DNA of 64,000 nt from an uncultured Actinomycetes bacterium (GCA_963825325.1 CAWGSU010000004.1:1152334-1216333), one strand, 5' to 3'; numbered from the stretch's first letter, positions 43,794 through 52,931 are shown. The notes: generated from the sequence alone by a model not told the origin. A program made the numbers and translations.

Positions 43794-44531
43794 CTACGCG
43801 GTGCGGCGGCGCAACGTCGTCGCCCCGAGCGCGAGCGCGAGCAGGGTGACGCCGATGACGATGACGAGGTCGCGCACGGTGGTCGCGTCGAAGCCGCCGA
43901 GGCGGGTGACGCGGTCGAGGCCGTCGTAGGCGTAGGTGAGGGGCAGCACGTCGGAGACGTCCTGCAGGATCGGTGCCATGTTGTCGCGCGGGACGAGCAA
44001 CCCGCACAGCAGGAGCTGCGGGAACACCGCCGCGGGCAGGAACTGCACGGCCTGGAACTCGGTCTGGGCGAACGCGCTCACGAACAGGCCGAGCGACATA
44101 CCGAGCACGGCGTTTGCGATTGCGAAGCCGGCCACCGCCACCTTCGTCCCCGCCACGTGCAGGTCGAGGATCCCGAAGGCCACGATCGACGTCAGGGTCG
44201 CCTGCACCGCCGCGACCGCGCCGAAGGCGATTCCGTAGCCGAGCAGCAGGTCGATCTTCGCAAGCGGCATCGACATCAGCCGCTCGAGCGTGCCCGTGGT
44301 GCGCTCACGCAGCATCGTGATCGCCGTAACCAGGAACATGCTGATGAACGGGAAGATGCCGAGCAGCGGGCCGCCGATGCGGTTGAAGGCCTCCGGCTGA
44401 CCGTCGAGCACGTAGCGCAGCAGCACCTCGAGCACGCAGGGGACGACGAGCAGCAGGGCGATCGTGCGCGGGTCACGGCGCAGCTGCAGGAGGACGCGGG
44501 CGGCCGTCGCGGCCACGATGCGCGGGGTCAC
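43794..44531 (-). CDS. ABC-2-type exporter permease
   Basis: GTG 44531 overlaps the ATPase stop. There are six TM segments. The sequence includes RERTTGTLERLMSMP. Confidence 0.85.
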   Translation of the reverse strand: MTPRIVAATAARVLLQLRRDPRTIALLLVVPCVLEVLLRYVLDGQPEAFNRIGGPLLGIFPFISMFLVTAITMLRERTTGTLERLMSMPLAKIDLLLGYGIAFGAVAAVQATLTSIVAFGILDLHVAGTKVAVAGFAIANAVLGMSLGLFVSAFAQTEFQAVQFLPAAVFPQLLLCGLLVPRDNMAPILQDVSDVLPLTYAYDGLDRVTRLGGFDATTVRDLVIVIGVTLLALALGATTLRRRTA

Positions 44532-45256
44532 GCCGTCGCCTCCGACCGCTCGATCATGCGCAGAAACGCCTCGCCGAGGTCGTGTTCGCCCGTCGCGCGG
44601 CGCAGCTCCGCGGGCGTCTCCGAGGCCAGGATGCGGCCGTCGCGCATCAGCAGCAGGCGGTCGCAGTGGCCGGCCTCGTCCATCACGTGGCTCGAGACGA
44701 GCAGGCTCGTGCCGTCGTCTGCGAGCGATCGGAACATCGCCCACAGGTCGCGCCGCAGCACCGGGTCGAGGCCAACCGTGGGCTCGTCGAGCACGAGCAG
44801 CGCGGGCTGGTTCAGGAGCGCCGTCGCGAGCGAGACCCGTGCCCGCTGCCCGCCCGAGAGCCGGTCGACGACGCGGTCTGCGAACCCGTCCAGCCCGACC
44901 GTGGCGATGACCGCGTCCACGCGTGCCGGGGCGGTGCCGAGCACGCGGCCGAAGAAGCGCAGGTTCTCGCGCACCGAAAGGTCGCCGTAGACCGACGGCG
45001 CCTGCGTGACGTAGCCGACGCGGGCGCGCAGGCCGCTCGATCCGGCCGGCTCGCCGAGCACCGTGACGGTCCCCGACGCAACGATCTGGACGCCCACGAT
45101 CGCCCGCATGAGGGTCGACTTGCCACAGCCGCTCGGCCCGAGCAGGCCGGTGACCGCGCCCGCCGGCACGTCGAGCGAGATGCGGCGCAGCACCTCGGTG
45201 CCGCCGCGCTGCACCAGCAGGTCGCTGACCGAGATCGCGGGTACGGCTGCGGCCAC
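44528..45256 (-). CDS. ABC exporter ATPase (DrrA-like)
   Basis: Motifs seen are GPSGCGKST, LSGGQRARVSLATAL and LVLDEPTVGLD. Confidence 0.9.
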   Translation of the reverse strand: MAAAVPAISVSDLLVQRGGTEVLRRISLDVPAGAVTGLLGPSGCGKSTLMRAIVGVQIVASGTVTVLGEPAGSSGLRARVGYVTQAPSVYGDLSVRENLRFFGRVLGTAPARVDAVIATVGLDGFADRVVDRLSGGQRARVSLATALLNQPALLVLDEPTVGLDPVLRRDLWAMFRSLADDGTSLLVSSHVMDEAGHCDRLLLMRDGRILASETPAELRRATGEHDLGEAFLRMIERSEATA

Positions 45257-45278
45257 GCCGGGATGCTAGATGGTCGGC

Positions 45279-46112
45279 CTACCGGCAGGGGATGCGCCAG
45301 GGCCCGAGCTCGAGGTGCTTGCGCAGCGACTCGAAGCCGAGCGCGTTGGCGCGGGCGCAGAACGATCCCGATTGCGCCATGCGGCCGTACTCGACCTCGA
45401 ACACGGGCTTTCCGGCGGTGATGAACGGCCGTAGGAGGCCGCACTCCGAGTACTGGAAGCACTGCTCGTCGAGCTCCATGTCGAAGTACGGCTCGAGCGT
45501 GGGCACCTGATCGGGGTCGTTCTTGAGCGCGACCGCGAGCCCGGCGCGGTGGGCGTGGTTGGCGAGCCACGTGTTGAAGCGCAGCTGGTCGGCGCCGGTG
45601 AGATGGAAGCCCGTGCGCTCCTGGTAGCCCGCAACGTTGTCGAACTCGACCCCGTCGAAGCCCTTCGCCGCGCAGCGATCGATGCGCCACTGGAGCAGCG
45701 GCCCGAGGACGCCCATGCGGCGGATGTCGAGCCAGCGCTCGCCGGGCCACCCTTCGAGCGGCCGGCCGATCACCGAGGTGGGGAAGCGGGCGGCGTCGGG
45801 CCGCCACCGCTCCCACGAGCCCGCGTCGATGTAGCAGACGACTCTGCGGCCGCGGGCGTGCAGGTCGGCGACGAGCGCGGGCGTCGCCTCGAACATGTCG
45901 ATGTCGTACATCTGCGCGGCGACGGTGCGCCGCACGGTGCCGCTCAGCTGCCATTGCCAGCTCGTGCGCGGTGCGGGCACCCAGCAGCCCGCGCATGGGA
46001 CAGGCGCCGGCAGCGCGGGCGGCGCGGTTGCCGCGAACGGCTCGGCGGAGGCCGGCGCCGCGGCGGCGAGCAGGCAGACGGCGGCGAGCAGGGCGGTGGC
46101 GAGTGGGCGCAT
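45279..46112 (-). CDS. Secreted endo-alpha-1,4-polygalactosaminidase-like glycoside hydrolase (GH114-like)
   Basis: It has a signal peptide (MRPLATALLAAVCLLAAAAPASA). Motifs seen are SWQWQL, YDIDMFE, VVCYIDAGSWERWRPD and FDGVEFDNV. Confidence 0.75.
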   Translation of the reverse strand: MRPLATALLAAVCLLAAAAPASAEPFAATAPPALPAPVPCAGCWVPAPRTSWQWQLSGTVRRTVAAQMYDIDMFEATPALVADLHARGRRVVCYIDAGSWERWRPDAARFPTSVIGRPLEGWPGERWLDIRRMGVLGPLLQWRIDRCAAKGFDGVEFDNVAGYQERTGFHLTGADQLRFNTWLANHAHRAGLAVALKNDPDQVPTLEPYFDMELDEQCFQYSECGLLRPFITAGKPVFEVEYGRMAQSGSFCARANALGFESLRKHLELGPWRIPCR

Positions 46113-46206
46113 CCTGTACCCGTCATCGGCGACTCCCGCGCGCGCGCCATCCCCCGGCTGTGGTGGCGTTGGGGCGCTCGATCCCAATTGGCACTTCGCG
46201 TGGATG

Positions 46207-47085
46207 TCAATTGGGAGCGGGCGCCGCAGCCACCGCCCGCCGCGCCTCGGCCGAGAGGCAGAACTCGCGGAAGCCGATCGCGGCCGCCGTCTCGGGTCCG
46301 TGAGCGGGGGCGACGGCGTACCAGCGTCGCTCGATCGGCGTCCCGGGCGCGGCGACGCGCACGAGCGTCCCGGCCGCGACCTCGGCCTCGACCGCCTGCT
46401 CGGATAGGAGCGTCACGCCGAGCCCGACGGCGGCGGCCTGCTTCACGGCGCCGTTCGAGCCGAGGGTCATGGTCGAGCGCGGCTCGATGCCGGCGGCGGT
46501 CAGGAACCGCTCGGCCGTCTCGCGCGTGCCCGATCCGTGCTCGCGCAGGAGCCAGGTGGCGCCGGCGAGGTCGCCGGGCCCGGTACCCGGCGCCGCGACC
46601 ACCACCAGGCGGTAGTCGAGGAAGGGGACGCCGGCGAGCGCCCGGCCGCCGGGCGGCTGACCGGTCACCGCGAGGTCGACCTGGTGGCGCTCGAGTGCGT
46701 CGAACACCGTCGCGCGGTTGCCGACGTCGAGCGAGATCTGGACGTCGGGATGGCTGCCGCGGAAGGCCTTCAGGATCGCCGGGAGCACGTACTCGCCGGC
46801 GGTGGTGACGGCCGCCAGGCGCAGCGGCCCGGCGGTCTGGAGCTCGCGCCGGGCCTGCTGCTCGAGGCCGAGGATCTCGGCCGCGTAGCCGGCCAGGGTG
46901 CGGCCGGCGGGGGTGAGGCGCACACCGCGGCCCTCGCGCGCGACGAGCCGGTGGCCGACCTCGCGCCCGAGAGCGGCGATCGCCGCCGAGACGGCCGGCT
47001 CGGTGACGACGAGCCGCCGCGCCGCCGCCCGCACGGAGCCCTCCTCGGCGAGCGTCACGAGGGTGCGCAGCTGCCCGAACGTCAT
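46207..47085 (-). CDS. LysR-family transcriptional regulator
   Basis: The HTH reads MTFGQLRTLVTLAEEGSVRAAARRLVVTEPAVSAAIAALG. It is divergent from the PRK-like gene. Confidence 0.9.
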   Translation of the reverse strand: MTFGQLRTLVTLAEEGSVRAAARRLVVTEPAVSAAIAALGREVGHRLVAREGRGVRLTPAGRTLAGYAAEILGLEQQARRELQTAGPLRLAAVTTAGEYVLPAILKAFRGSHPDVQISLDVGNRATVFDALERHQVDLAVTGQPPGGRALAGVPFLDYRLVVVAAPGTGPGDLAGATWLLREHGSGTRETAERFLTAAGIEPRSTMTLGSNGAVKQAAAVGLGVTLLSEQAVEAEVAAGTLVRVAAPGTPIERRWYAVAPAHGPETAAAIGFREFCLSAEARRAVAAAPAPN

Positions 47086-47105
47086 TGAATCAAAAGCTTA
47101 TCAAT
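47084..47105. promoter_or_regulatory. AT-rich inverted repeat ATTGA-N12-TCAAT at the LysR start; candidate LysR box
   Basis: The sequence ATTGAATCAAAAGCTTATCAAT is the most AT-rich 22-mer in this neighbourhood. Confidence 0.35.
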
Positions 47106-47157
47106 CGGTGTGGTTATCTCCATTGTCTTACATACTGGGCCCGCGTACGCTTGGGCG

Positions 47158-48093
47158 ATGCCCCGACCGGTCATGCTCGGCATCGTCGGCGACTCCGCCA
47201 GCGGCAAGACGACGCTCACACGCGGGCTCGTGCGGGTGCTGGGCGCCGACCAGGTGTCGCATCTGCAGCTCGACGACTACCACCGCTACGACCGTGCCCA
47301 GCGCGCGGGCATGGGCATCACCCCACTCCATCCCGAGTGCAACCACATCGACGTGATGGCGCAGCACATGCGCCTTCTGCGGGCGAGCGAGCCGATCCTG
47401 AAGCCCGTCTACCGGCACGCCGACGGCACCTTCGGGCCGCCCGTCTATCTGAAGCCGGGCCGGTTCCTGATCGTCGAGGGCCTGCTCGGATACCACACCG
47501 AGGCGATCCGCGACTGCTTCGACATCCGCGTCTTCCTCGACCCGCCGGAGAGCTTGCGGCGCAAGTGGAAGGTGCTGCGCGACTGCTCGCGGCGGGGGTA
47601 CACGACCACCGAGGTGCTGGCCGAGCTCGACCGCCGCGAGGCCGACTCCGAGCAGTTCATCCGCCCGCAGCGCCGCCACGCCGACATCGTCGTCCGCTTC
47701 GCGCCGCCGGAAGGGGAGGTCGAGACCGACGCGCCGCCGACCCACCTCGACGCGCACCTGCTGCTGCGGCCCGGCCTCCCGCACCCCGACCTCTCCGACG
47801 TCGTCGGCGAGGCCGACGACGGGCTGCGCGTGCTCGGTGACGGCGGCGAGCAGGACGTGTACGTTCCCGGGCGGCTCGCCCCGGCGACGGCCGCGGAGCT
47901 CGAGGAGCGGATCTGGGCGCACATGCACTTCGCGAGCCACCTGCGGTCAGAGCGGCTGGGCGAATTCACCGCCGGCACCGAGCTGCACCGATCGGACTCG
48001 CTCGCGATCGTGCAGCTGCTCGTGCTCTACCACCTCGTCACGGTGCGGGCCAAGGTGGCGCTCGCAGGGGCTCAGGTCTCGGCGCGCGGCTAG
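47158..48093 (+). CDS. Phosphoribulokinase/uridine-kinase-family protein
   Basis: The P-loop is LGIVGDSASGKTT. Other motifs are LDDYHRYDR and FLIVEGLLGYH..FDIRVFLDPPE..RKWKVLRD. Confidence 0.75.
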   Translation: MPRPVMLGIVGDSASGKTTLTRGLVRVLGADQVSHLQLDDYHRYDRAQRAGMGITPLHPECNHIDVMAQHMRLLRASEPILKPVYRHADGTFGPPVYLKPGRFLIVEGLLGYHTEAIRDCFDIRVFLDPPESLRRKWKVLRDCSRRGYTTTEVLAELDRREADSEQFIRPQRRHADIVVRFAPPEGEVETDAPPTHLDAHLLLRPGLPHPDLSDVVGEADDGLRVLGDGGEQDVYVPGRLAPATAAELEERIWAHMHFASHLRSERLGEFTAGTELHRSDSLAIVQLLVLYHLVTVRAKVALAGAQVSARG

Positions 48094-48150
48094 TCGGCAG
48101 CGGTCCGCGCAGGAAGACGTCGGCCCGACCGCGCGGATACAGTCCAGCGC

Positions 48151-48471
48151 GTGATTATCACGACGACGAACGACCTTCCCGGCTACGAGATCGAGGAGGT
48201 GCTCGGCGAGGTGTTCGGCCTCACCGTGCGCTCGCGCAACGTCGGCTCGCAGATCGGCGCGGGCCTGAAGTCGATCATGGGCGGCGAGTTGCGCGGCATG
48301 ACGAAGGCGCTCGTCGAGAGCCGCGAGCAGGTGATCGAGCGCATGGTCGCCGAGGCCGAGGGGCGCGGCGGCAACGCCGTGCTCGCGATGCGCTTCGACA
48401 CGTCCGAGATGGGCGGCACGTGGACCGAGATCTGCGCCTACGGCACGGCCGTGCGCGTGCGCAAGCTGTAG
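48151..48471 (+). CDS. YbjQ/UPF0145-family protein
   Basis: The sequence reads MIITTTNDLPGYEIEEVLGEVFG..GGNAVLAMRFDTSE. Confidence 0.85.
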   Translation: MIITTTNDLPGYEIEEVLGEVFGLTVRSRNVGSQIGAGLKSIMGGELRGMTKALVESREQVIERMVAEAEGRGGNAVLAMRFDTSEMGGTWTEICAYGTAVRVRKL

Positions 48472-48484
48472 CCCGGCCGGTGGC

Positions 48485-48655
48485 CTATGCGGCGCGCCGC
48501 TGCGTGCGGCGAAGGTCGCGCTCGATGCAGTAGGCGGTGAACTGGGCGTGCCGGGTCAGGTACACGGCCAGCTCGAGCATTCCGAACGCAACCCATTCAT
48601 GGAAGAAGCGCTCGTCGACTGCGTTACGGGCGACGCCTTGAGCAGGGGTATCCAT
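48485..48655 (-). CDS. Possible small protein (56 aa)
   Basis: The ATG is preceded by GGTGAGG. The sequence reads MDTPAQGVARNAVDERFFHEWVAFGMLELAVYL. No homology was recognised. Confidence 0.3.
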   Translation of the reverse strand: MDTPAQGVARNAVDERFFHEWVAFGMLELAVYLTRHAQFTAYCIERDLRRTQRRAA

Positions 48656-48755
48656 GGGAGACCTCACCGGGGGGAGAGGAGTAAAGGCTCTCTCATCTAG
48701 CCGCAGCCGGTGCCCTTTGTGACTCCCCCGGTGGAGCCATTCGAAAGAACCACAA

Positions 48756-48769
48756 TTGGGTATACCCAA
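48756..48769. promoter_or_regulatory. Perfect 14-bp palindrome TTGGGTATACCCAA
   Basis: It lies in a lower-GC intergenic region, about 100 nt upstream of the small ORF at 48655. Confidence 0.3.
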
Positions 48770-48809
48770 GCAGGACACTCTGCACGAACTGCGGTTCCAC
48801 GGGCGCCGC

Positions 48810-49274
48810 TCAGCCCGGCGGGCGCTCGTCGTAGCGCGGCAACCCGTCGTCGGGAATCGGCTCCCACGGGGCGGCGTAGGCGACGAACTGACGCCAGGAC
48901 GGGCGGATGCCGGGGTCGGCGTCGAAGGCGCCGAGGCGGACGCTGATCACGTCCGGGTCGTCCTGGCTGCGGCTCCAAAGCGCCGACCCGCACGCTTCGC
49001 AGTAGAGCTTGTCGAATCCCTGTGGAGGCCGGTAGGCGCGCAGGAGCGCCTCGCCCTGCGTGATCCGCAGCGACCCGGGCGCGATCCGCGCCTGGGCGGA
49101 CGAGGCGGTGCCGGTGCGCCGCTGGCAGCGCGTGCAGTGGCAGTAGCTCGCGACGACGAGTGGCGCGTCGACCTCGAAGCGCACTCCGCCGCACAGGCAG
49201 CCGCCCGCGAGCGGGGTGGCGGCCATCTCAGAATGCGTGTGGCTCATCGGCATCTCCTCTCGACGGTCTGACAA
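48810..49274 (-). CDS. GFA-family (CENP-V/glutathione-dependent formaldehyde-activating-like) zinc protein
   Basis: Motifs seen are GGCLCGGVRFEV, SYCHCTRCQRRTG and CEACGSALW. The start is uncertain (49274 or 49247). Confidence 0.8.
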   Translation of the reverse strand: MSDRREEMPMSHTHSEMAATPLAGGCLCGGVRFEVDAPLVVASYCHCTRCQRRTGTASSAQARIAPGSLRITQGEALLRAYRPPQGFDKLYCEACGSALWSRSQDDPDVISVRLGAFDADPGIRPSWRQFVAYAAPWEPIPDDGLPRYDERPPG

Positions 49275-49298
49275 CGCTACATCGCACCCTATTCGCCG

Positions 49299-49926
49299 TC
49301 ACGTCGGCGGCGAGCCCGACCCGGCGAGCGCGCCCGGGAGCCACGCGGTTGCCACGGCCGCCCACGCCTGCGCCTGGTCGTGGTGGGGACGGTGGCCGGC
49401 GGCCGGCAGCTCGCGGTAGGCCCAGTCAGGGTGGGCGGCGACGGCCGCTCGCGCGAACGCGACCGGGACGACGTGGTCGCGGTCGCCGTGGATCACGAGC
49501 ACGGGACAGCGCACCGCCCCGGCCAGCCGGTGGTAGGCGGCCGGCCACAGCCCGAGGCGCGCGACCGCCGCCATCTGGCGCAGGCCGCGCCATGTCGGCC
49601 TGGGCGCGCGGCGCGCCGCGGCCCGTCGCGCACGTAGAGCATGCGGTGGTGGGCGTAGTCGAGCGCGGCTCGGCGCGCGAGCGCCCGCCGCGGGCCGGCG
49701 GGAAGAAGCTGCTCGTCAGGATCATTGCGCCGACGCGATCCGGCTGTCCGCACGCGATCCGCAGCGCCTCGACGCCGCCCTGCGAGTGCCCGACGAGGAT
49801 GAGCTCGCCTCTCGCTGGGACGGCCGTGCCGATCACCCCGAAGGCCGCGAGCGCGGGTGCGACGGCGTCCCATTCGCGGGGCGAACCGCCGACGCCGCTG
49901 CGGCAGACGATCGTGCGCTTCACCAC
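49299..49926 (-). pseudogene. Alpha/beta-hydrolase split over three reading frames
   Basis: Frame A carries the N-terminus with the nucleophile elbow LILVGHSQGG. Frame B carries LDYAHHRMLYVRD. Frame C carries the C-terminus CPVLVIHGDRDHVVP..LPAAGH. The frame changes fall near 49600-49700. Confidence 0.5.
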
Positions 49927-49942
49927 GGTGGGAGCATCTTGC

Positions 49943-52336
49943 CTACAGATAGCGGTGCTCGCGCAGCCAATGCAGGGCGAACCAGCCCCAGAACGGCGGC
50001 AGATAGAACGTGGCGATCCGGTACAGCAGGGCGGTGGCGAACGCGGCCGACTCGGGCAGGCCGGCGGCGGTCAGGCCGACCGCGAGGCCGCCTTCGACGA
50101 TGCCGATGCCGCCGGGCACGGGGATGAAGCTCGAGAACAGCGAGACGCTCATGTTGATGACGAGCAGCTCGGCGATCGGCAGCGGGTAGCCCATGCCCCT
50201 GGCGAACATCCCGAGCGCGATCGCGAACAGCACCTCGGTGCCGGCGCTGCCGAGCAGGAGCTGCGTGAGCTTGCGCGGGCGGCGCAGCGACTCGACGGCG
50301 GCGCGGATCTGCGGCAGCCAGCGGGCGACGGCCTCGCGAGTGCGGGTGCGGGCGATCCGCCCGATCCGAAGCAGCGAGACGACCAGCACGACGATGCCGA
50401 TCGCGATCAGCAGGATGAGGATGTGGCGGATCCCTGGAGTCGGCGGCGTGCTCAGGTGCAGGGTCAGCGTCGCCTCCGAGAACACGAGCAGCAGCACCAG
50501 CAGGATCGCCTGGACGGCGTTTCCGACGAACGAGTCGATCGCCCCGGCCGTGACTGCGACCGCCGGGGGAACGCCGATCAGCTGGAAGAAGCGCACGTTG
50601 ACGGCCATGCGCGCCAGGCTCGACGGCAGCGCGAGGTTGAGATAGCTGGTCGCGAGCTGGAGCACGTACACCGGGCCGTACGGCACGTCGGCGGGGACGG
50701 CGCCGAGCGTCGAGACGGCCTGGGTCAGCCGTGGGAGCTGCGCGACGAGCGCCGCGGCCAGGATCCACTCCCACGAGGCCGTGCGGATGTTGTCGCGCAG
50801 CTCGCCCAGGTCGACGCTGCCCACGAACGAGAGCACCGCCGCAGCGGCGAACGCGAGCAGCGCGAGCTGGATGACGACGCTCCAGGTGACGCGCCGCAGA
50901 CGCACCGGCTCGGGGGCCTCCGTCCCCGCGGCCTTGGCGGCCCGGTCGCGGAGGTCGTCGAGGTCCGTCCCCGCGGCCTTCGCGGCCCGCCGCAGCGAGC
51001 CCCCGAGCGCAGCCTCCTGGAGGTACGGCAGCACCGCGGCCACACCGGCGGCGCCGGCGCCGGCCAGGGCGGCGGCGACGGCCCGCTCGCTGCCCGCCGC
51101 CGTGGCGGTCGTCACGAGCAGCTGGGCCTGGTCGATGAGCGCGCGGTCGCGCTCGTCGGCGAGCGGGCCGCCGGCGAAGTCCGCGAGCACCACCGCGTGC
51201 CCGGCGACACGCACGGACGTCGGATCGATGCGGCCGTGGTAGATCCCGGCCGCCGCCAGCCGCTGCAGCTCGACCCACCCATCGCGCAACAACTCGTCGT
51301 CCAGCGTCTCCGCGGCCAGCGCGGCCAGCGGTCGCCCCTCGCACCGGAGCACGAGCAGCGCGTCGCCCGCCGCGGTGACGCCCGCGGTGACGACCTCGAC
51401 GGCGCGCACGCCCGCCTCGCGGGCGAGCAGGGTGACGAACGCCTCGTGCTCGGCCGGGTATGTCCGGGTCAGGCCGACCGTCGGGCCGCCGTCGCGGTAC
51501 CAGAGCGTCCGCCAGACCTTGGCCAGGAGCTGATTGTCGTACGCGTCGCGGCCGTACACCTTGATCTCGAGCGCCGCGCCGTCCGCATCGCGCCCGTGCA
51601 CCAGGAACACTCCGGCCGCCTGCCCCTCGGCGGGCTCGAGGCCCGTGGCCGCGATGCCGAAGTCGGCGAGCGCCGCGGACACGTCGGCGACGGTCGGCCG
51701 GCCGGCGGAAGTCCCCAGTGCCAGCCGGACAGCGGCTCCGGCCGCGAGGCCGATCAGGAGCGCCGCGGCCGTCCCGGTCACGTCGGTGCTGCCGGCGAGC
51801 ATTGCCGCCGCCGCGCCGAGCAGGAGGATCCAGCGGCCCGTGACACGCAGCGGGTGGGCGAGGTGGGCGTCGGCCACCGCGATGACGGCGGCGGCGATCC
51901 CCAGGCGTACGGCGGGGAACTGGCGGTGGGTCGTCAGCCCGGCCGCATCGTCGAAGCTCGGCCAGCTCCCGGTTGCGAGCCGCGCCGCGAGCAGGCCGAG
52001 CGCGAGGGCGAGGACGATTGCGAGCAGCGCCTCGAGGGTGATGAGGGGACGGCGCGAGACGAGCGGCGCCACGATCATCACGACCGTCCACAGGGCGACG
52101 ACGCCGATCAGGAAACCCCAGGCGGGCGTCATCCAGGTCGGGAACACCGCCAGGAACCGCAGCAGGGCGCGCTCGAGTGGCGTCGGCGGCTGCGCCGTGA
52201 TCAGCGCGAACGCTCCCAGGAGCGCGGCCGCGAGCAGCAGCACGTCGGTCGCCCGCCGCACCCTCGCCGCACCCGGCGGTGACGAGTAGAACCCGCGCCG
52301 TGCGGCCGGCGATCGTCGGGCGGACGTGGCGTTCAC
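49943..52336 (-). CDS. Large polytopic membrane protein with a C-terminal LPG-synthase-TM/flippase-like domain
   Basis: The N-terminus is a TM bundle. A central soluble domain follows (EIKVYGRDAYDNQLLAKVW). The C-terminus reads ..SSFIPVPGGIGIVEGGL..LLYRIATFYLPPFWGWF. Confidence 0.8.
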   Translation of the reverse strand: MNATSARRSPAARRGFYSSPPGAARVRRATDVLLLAAALLGAFALITAQPPTPLERALLRFLAVFPTWMTPAWGFLIGVVALWTVVMIVAPLVSRRPLITLEALLAIVLALALGLLAARLATGSWPSFDDAAGLTTHRQFPAVRLGIAAAVIAVADAHLAHPLRVTGRWILLLGAAAAMLAGSTDVTGTAAALLIGLAAGAAVRLALGTSAGRPTVADVSAALADFGIAATGLEPAEGQAAGVFLVHGRDADGAALEIKVYGRDAYDNQLLAKVWRTLWYRDGGPTVGLTRTYPAEHEAFVTLLAREAGVRAVEVVTAGVTAAGDALLVLRCEGRPLAALAAETLDDELLRDGWVELQRLAAAGIYHGRIDPTSVRVAGHAVVLADFAGGPLADERDRALIDQAQLLVTTATAAGSERAVAAALAGAGAAGVAAVLPYLQEAALGGSLRRAAKAAGTDLDDLRDRAAKAAGTEAPEPVRLRRVTWSVVIQLALLAFAAAAVLSFVGSVDLGELRDNIRTASWEWILAAALVAQLPRLTQAVSTLGAVPADVPYGPVYVLQLATSYLNLALPSSLARMAVNVRFFQLIGVPPAVAVTAGAIDSFVGNAVQAILLVLLLVFSEATLTLHLSTPPTPGIRHILILLIAIGIVVLVVSLLRIGRIARTRTREAVARWLPQIRAAVESLRRPRKLTQLLLGSAGTEVLFAIALGMFARGMGYPLPIAELLVINMSVSLFSSFIPVPGGIGIVEGGLAVGLTAAGLPESAAFATALLYRIATFYLPPFWGWFALHWLREHRYL

Positions 52337-52524
52337 GGCGCGCGCGAGTGTACAGCCATGATGCCGGGCGCGTCGAGTCGCGTCGCAGAAGCGGGGAGTG
52401 CTTCAAATAACCGTGGGGTACGGGGTTGCGTCCTCCCCTGGGGGCGCTCTACACCTCTGCGCACCCGAGTTTTCCACCCCCAGCCTTCGGGCCTGTTGGC
52501 ACGGAGGCGGGAGCGTCGAGACGC

Positions 52525-52920
52525 CTATCCCGTCGTAACGCCGCGTTGCCTTAGCAGGTCAAGAAGCCGTTGCTGTGTGGGCTTCTTGCACCAGAAGATG
52601 ACGGAGCGGTGATCGCCTCCGGCTGTTCCGTTCAGGATGACACCCCGCGTCATCATCGTCCTGCCGGTGGGTCGCGCGCGCGACCCCTCTAGGTTGATCT
52701 CGACTGCCGGACACAGTCGTCCGAGGAGCCGTCGCATCCACCTGTAGCGGAGGCGGACTCGGATCGAGTCTTTGTCGACGACCAACTCCGCGAGCGGGTG
52801 AGTTGCGTTCGCGCAATCCATATCCGCCCACGACCATCCTTCGAGCGTGCGCCCCGTGAGGGATACTCGCATTCCGCCGATGAACCGCTGCTCCTCCGGT
52901 GACGGTCGAGATGCGCTCAT
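52525..52920 (-). CDS. Hypothetical protein (131 aa), starting 11 nt downstream of the tRNA-Ser(GCT) 3' end
   Basis: GC is lower than in the surrounding genes. No motif was recognised. Confidence 0.4.
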   Translation of the reverse strand: MSASRPSPEEQRFIGGMRVSLTGRTLEGWSWADMDCANATHPLAELVVDKDSIRVRLRYRWMRRLLGRLCPAVEINLEGSRARPTGRTMMTRGVILNGTAGGDHRSVIFWCKKPTQQRLLDLLRQRGVTTG

Positions 52921-52931
52921 AGTCTCATTAG

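Noticed and set aside
52550-52558. The 9-mer CTTAGCAGG, shared with tRNA-Ser(GCT), as a possible att-site remnant.
   Set aside because: The match falls in the anticodon-arm region, not in the 3' T-arm/acceptor part usually duplicated by integration. A 9-nt match is near chance expectation, and there is no integrase.
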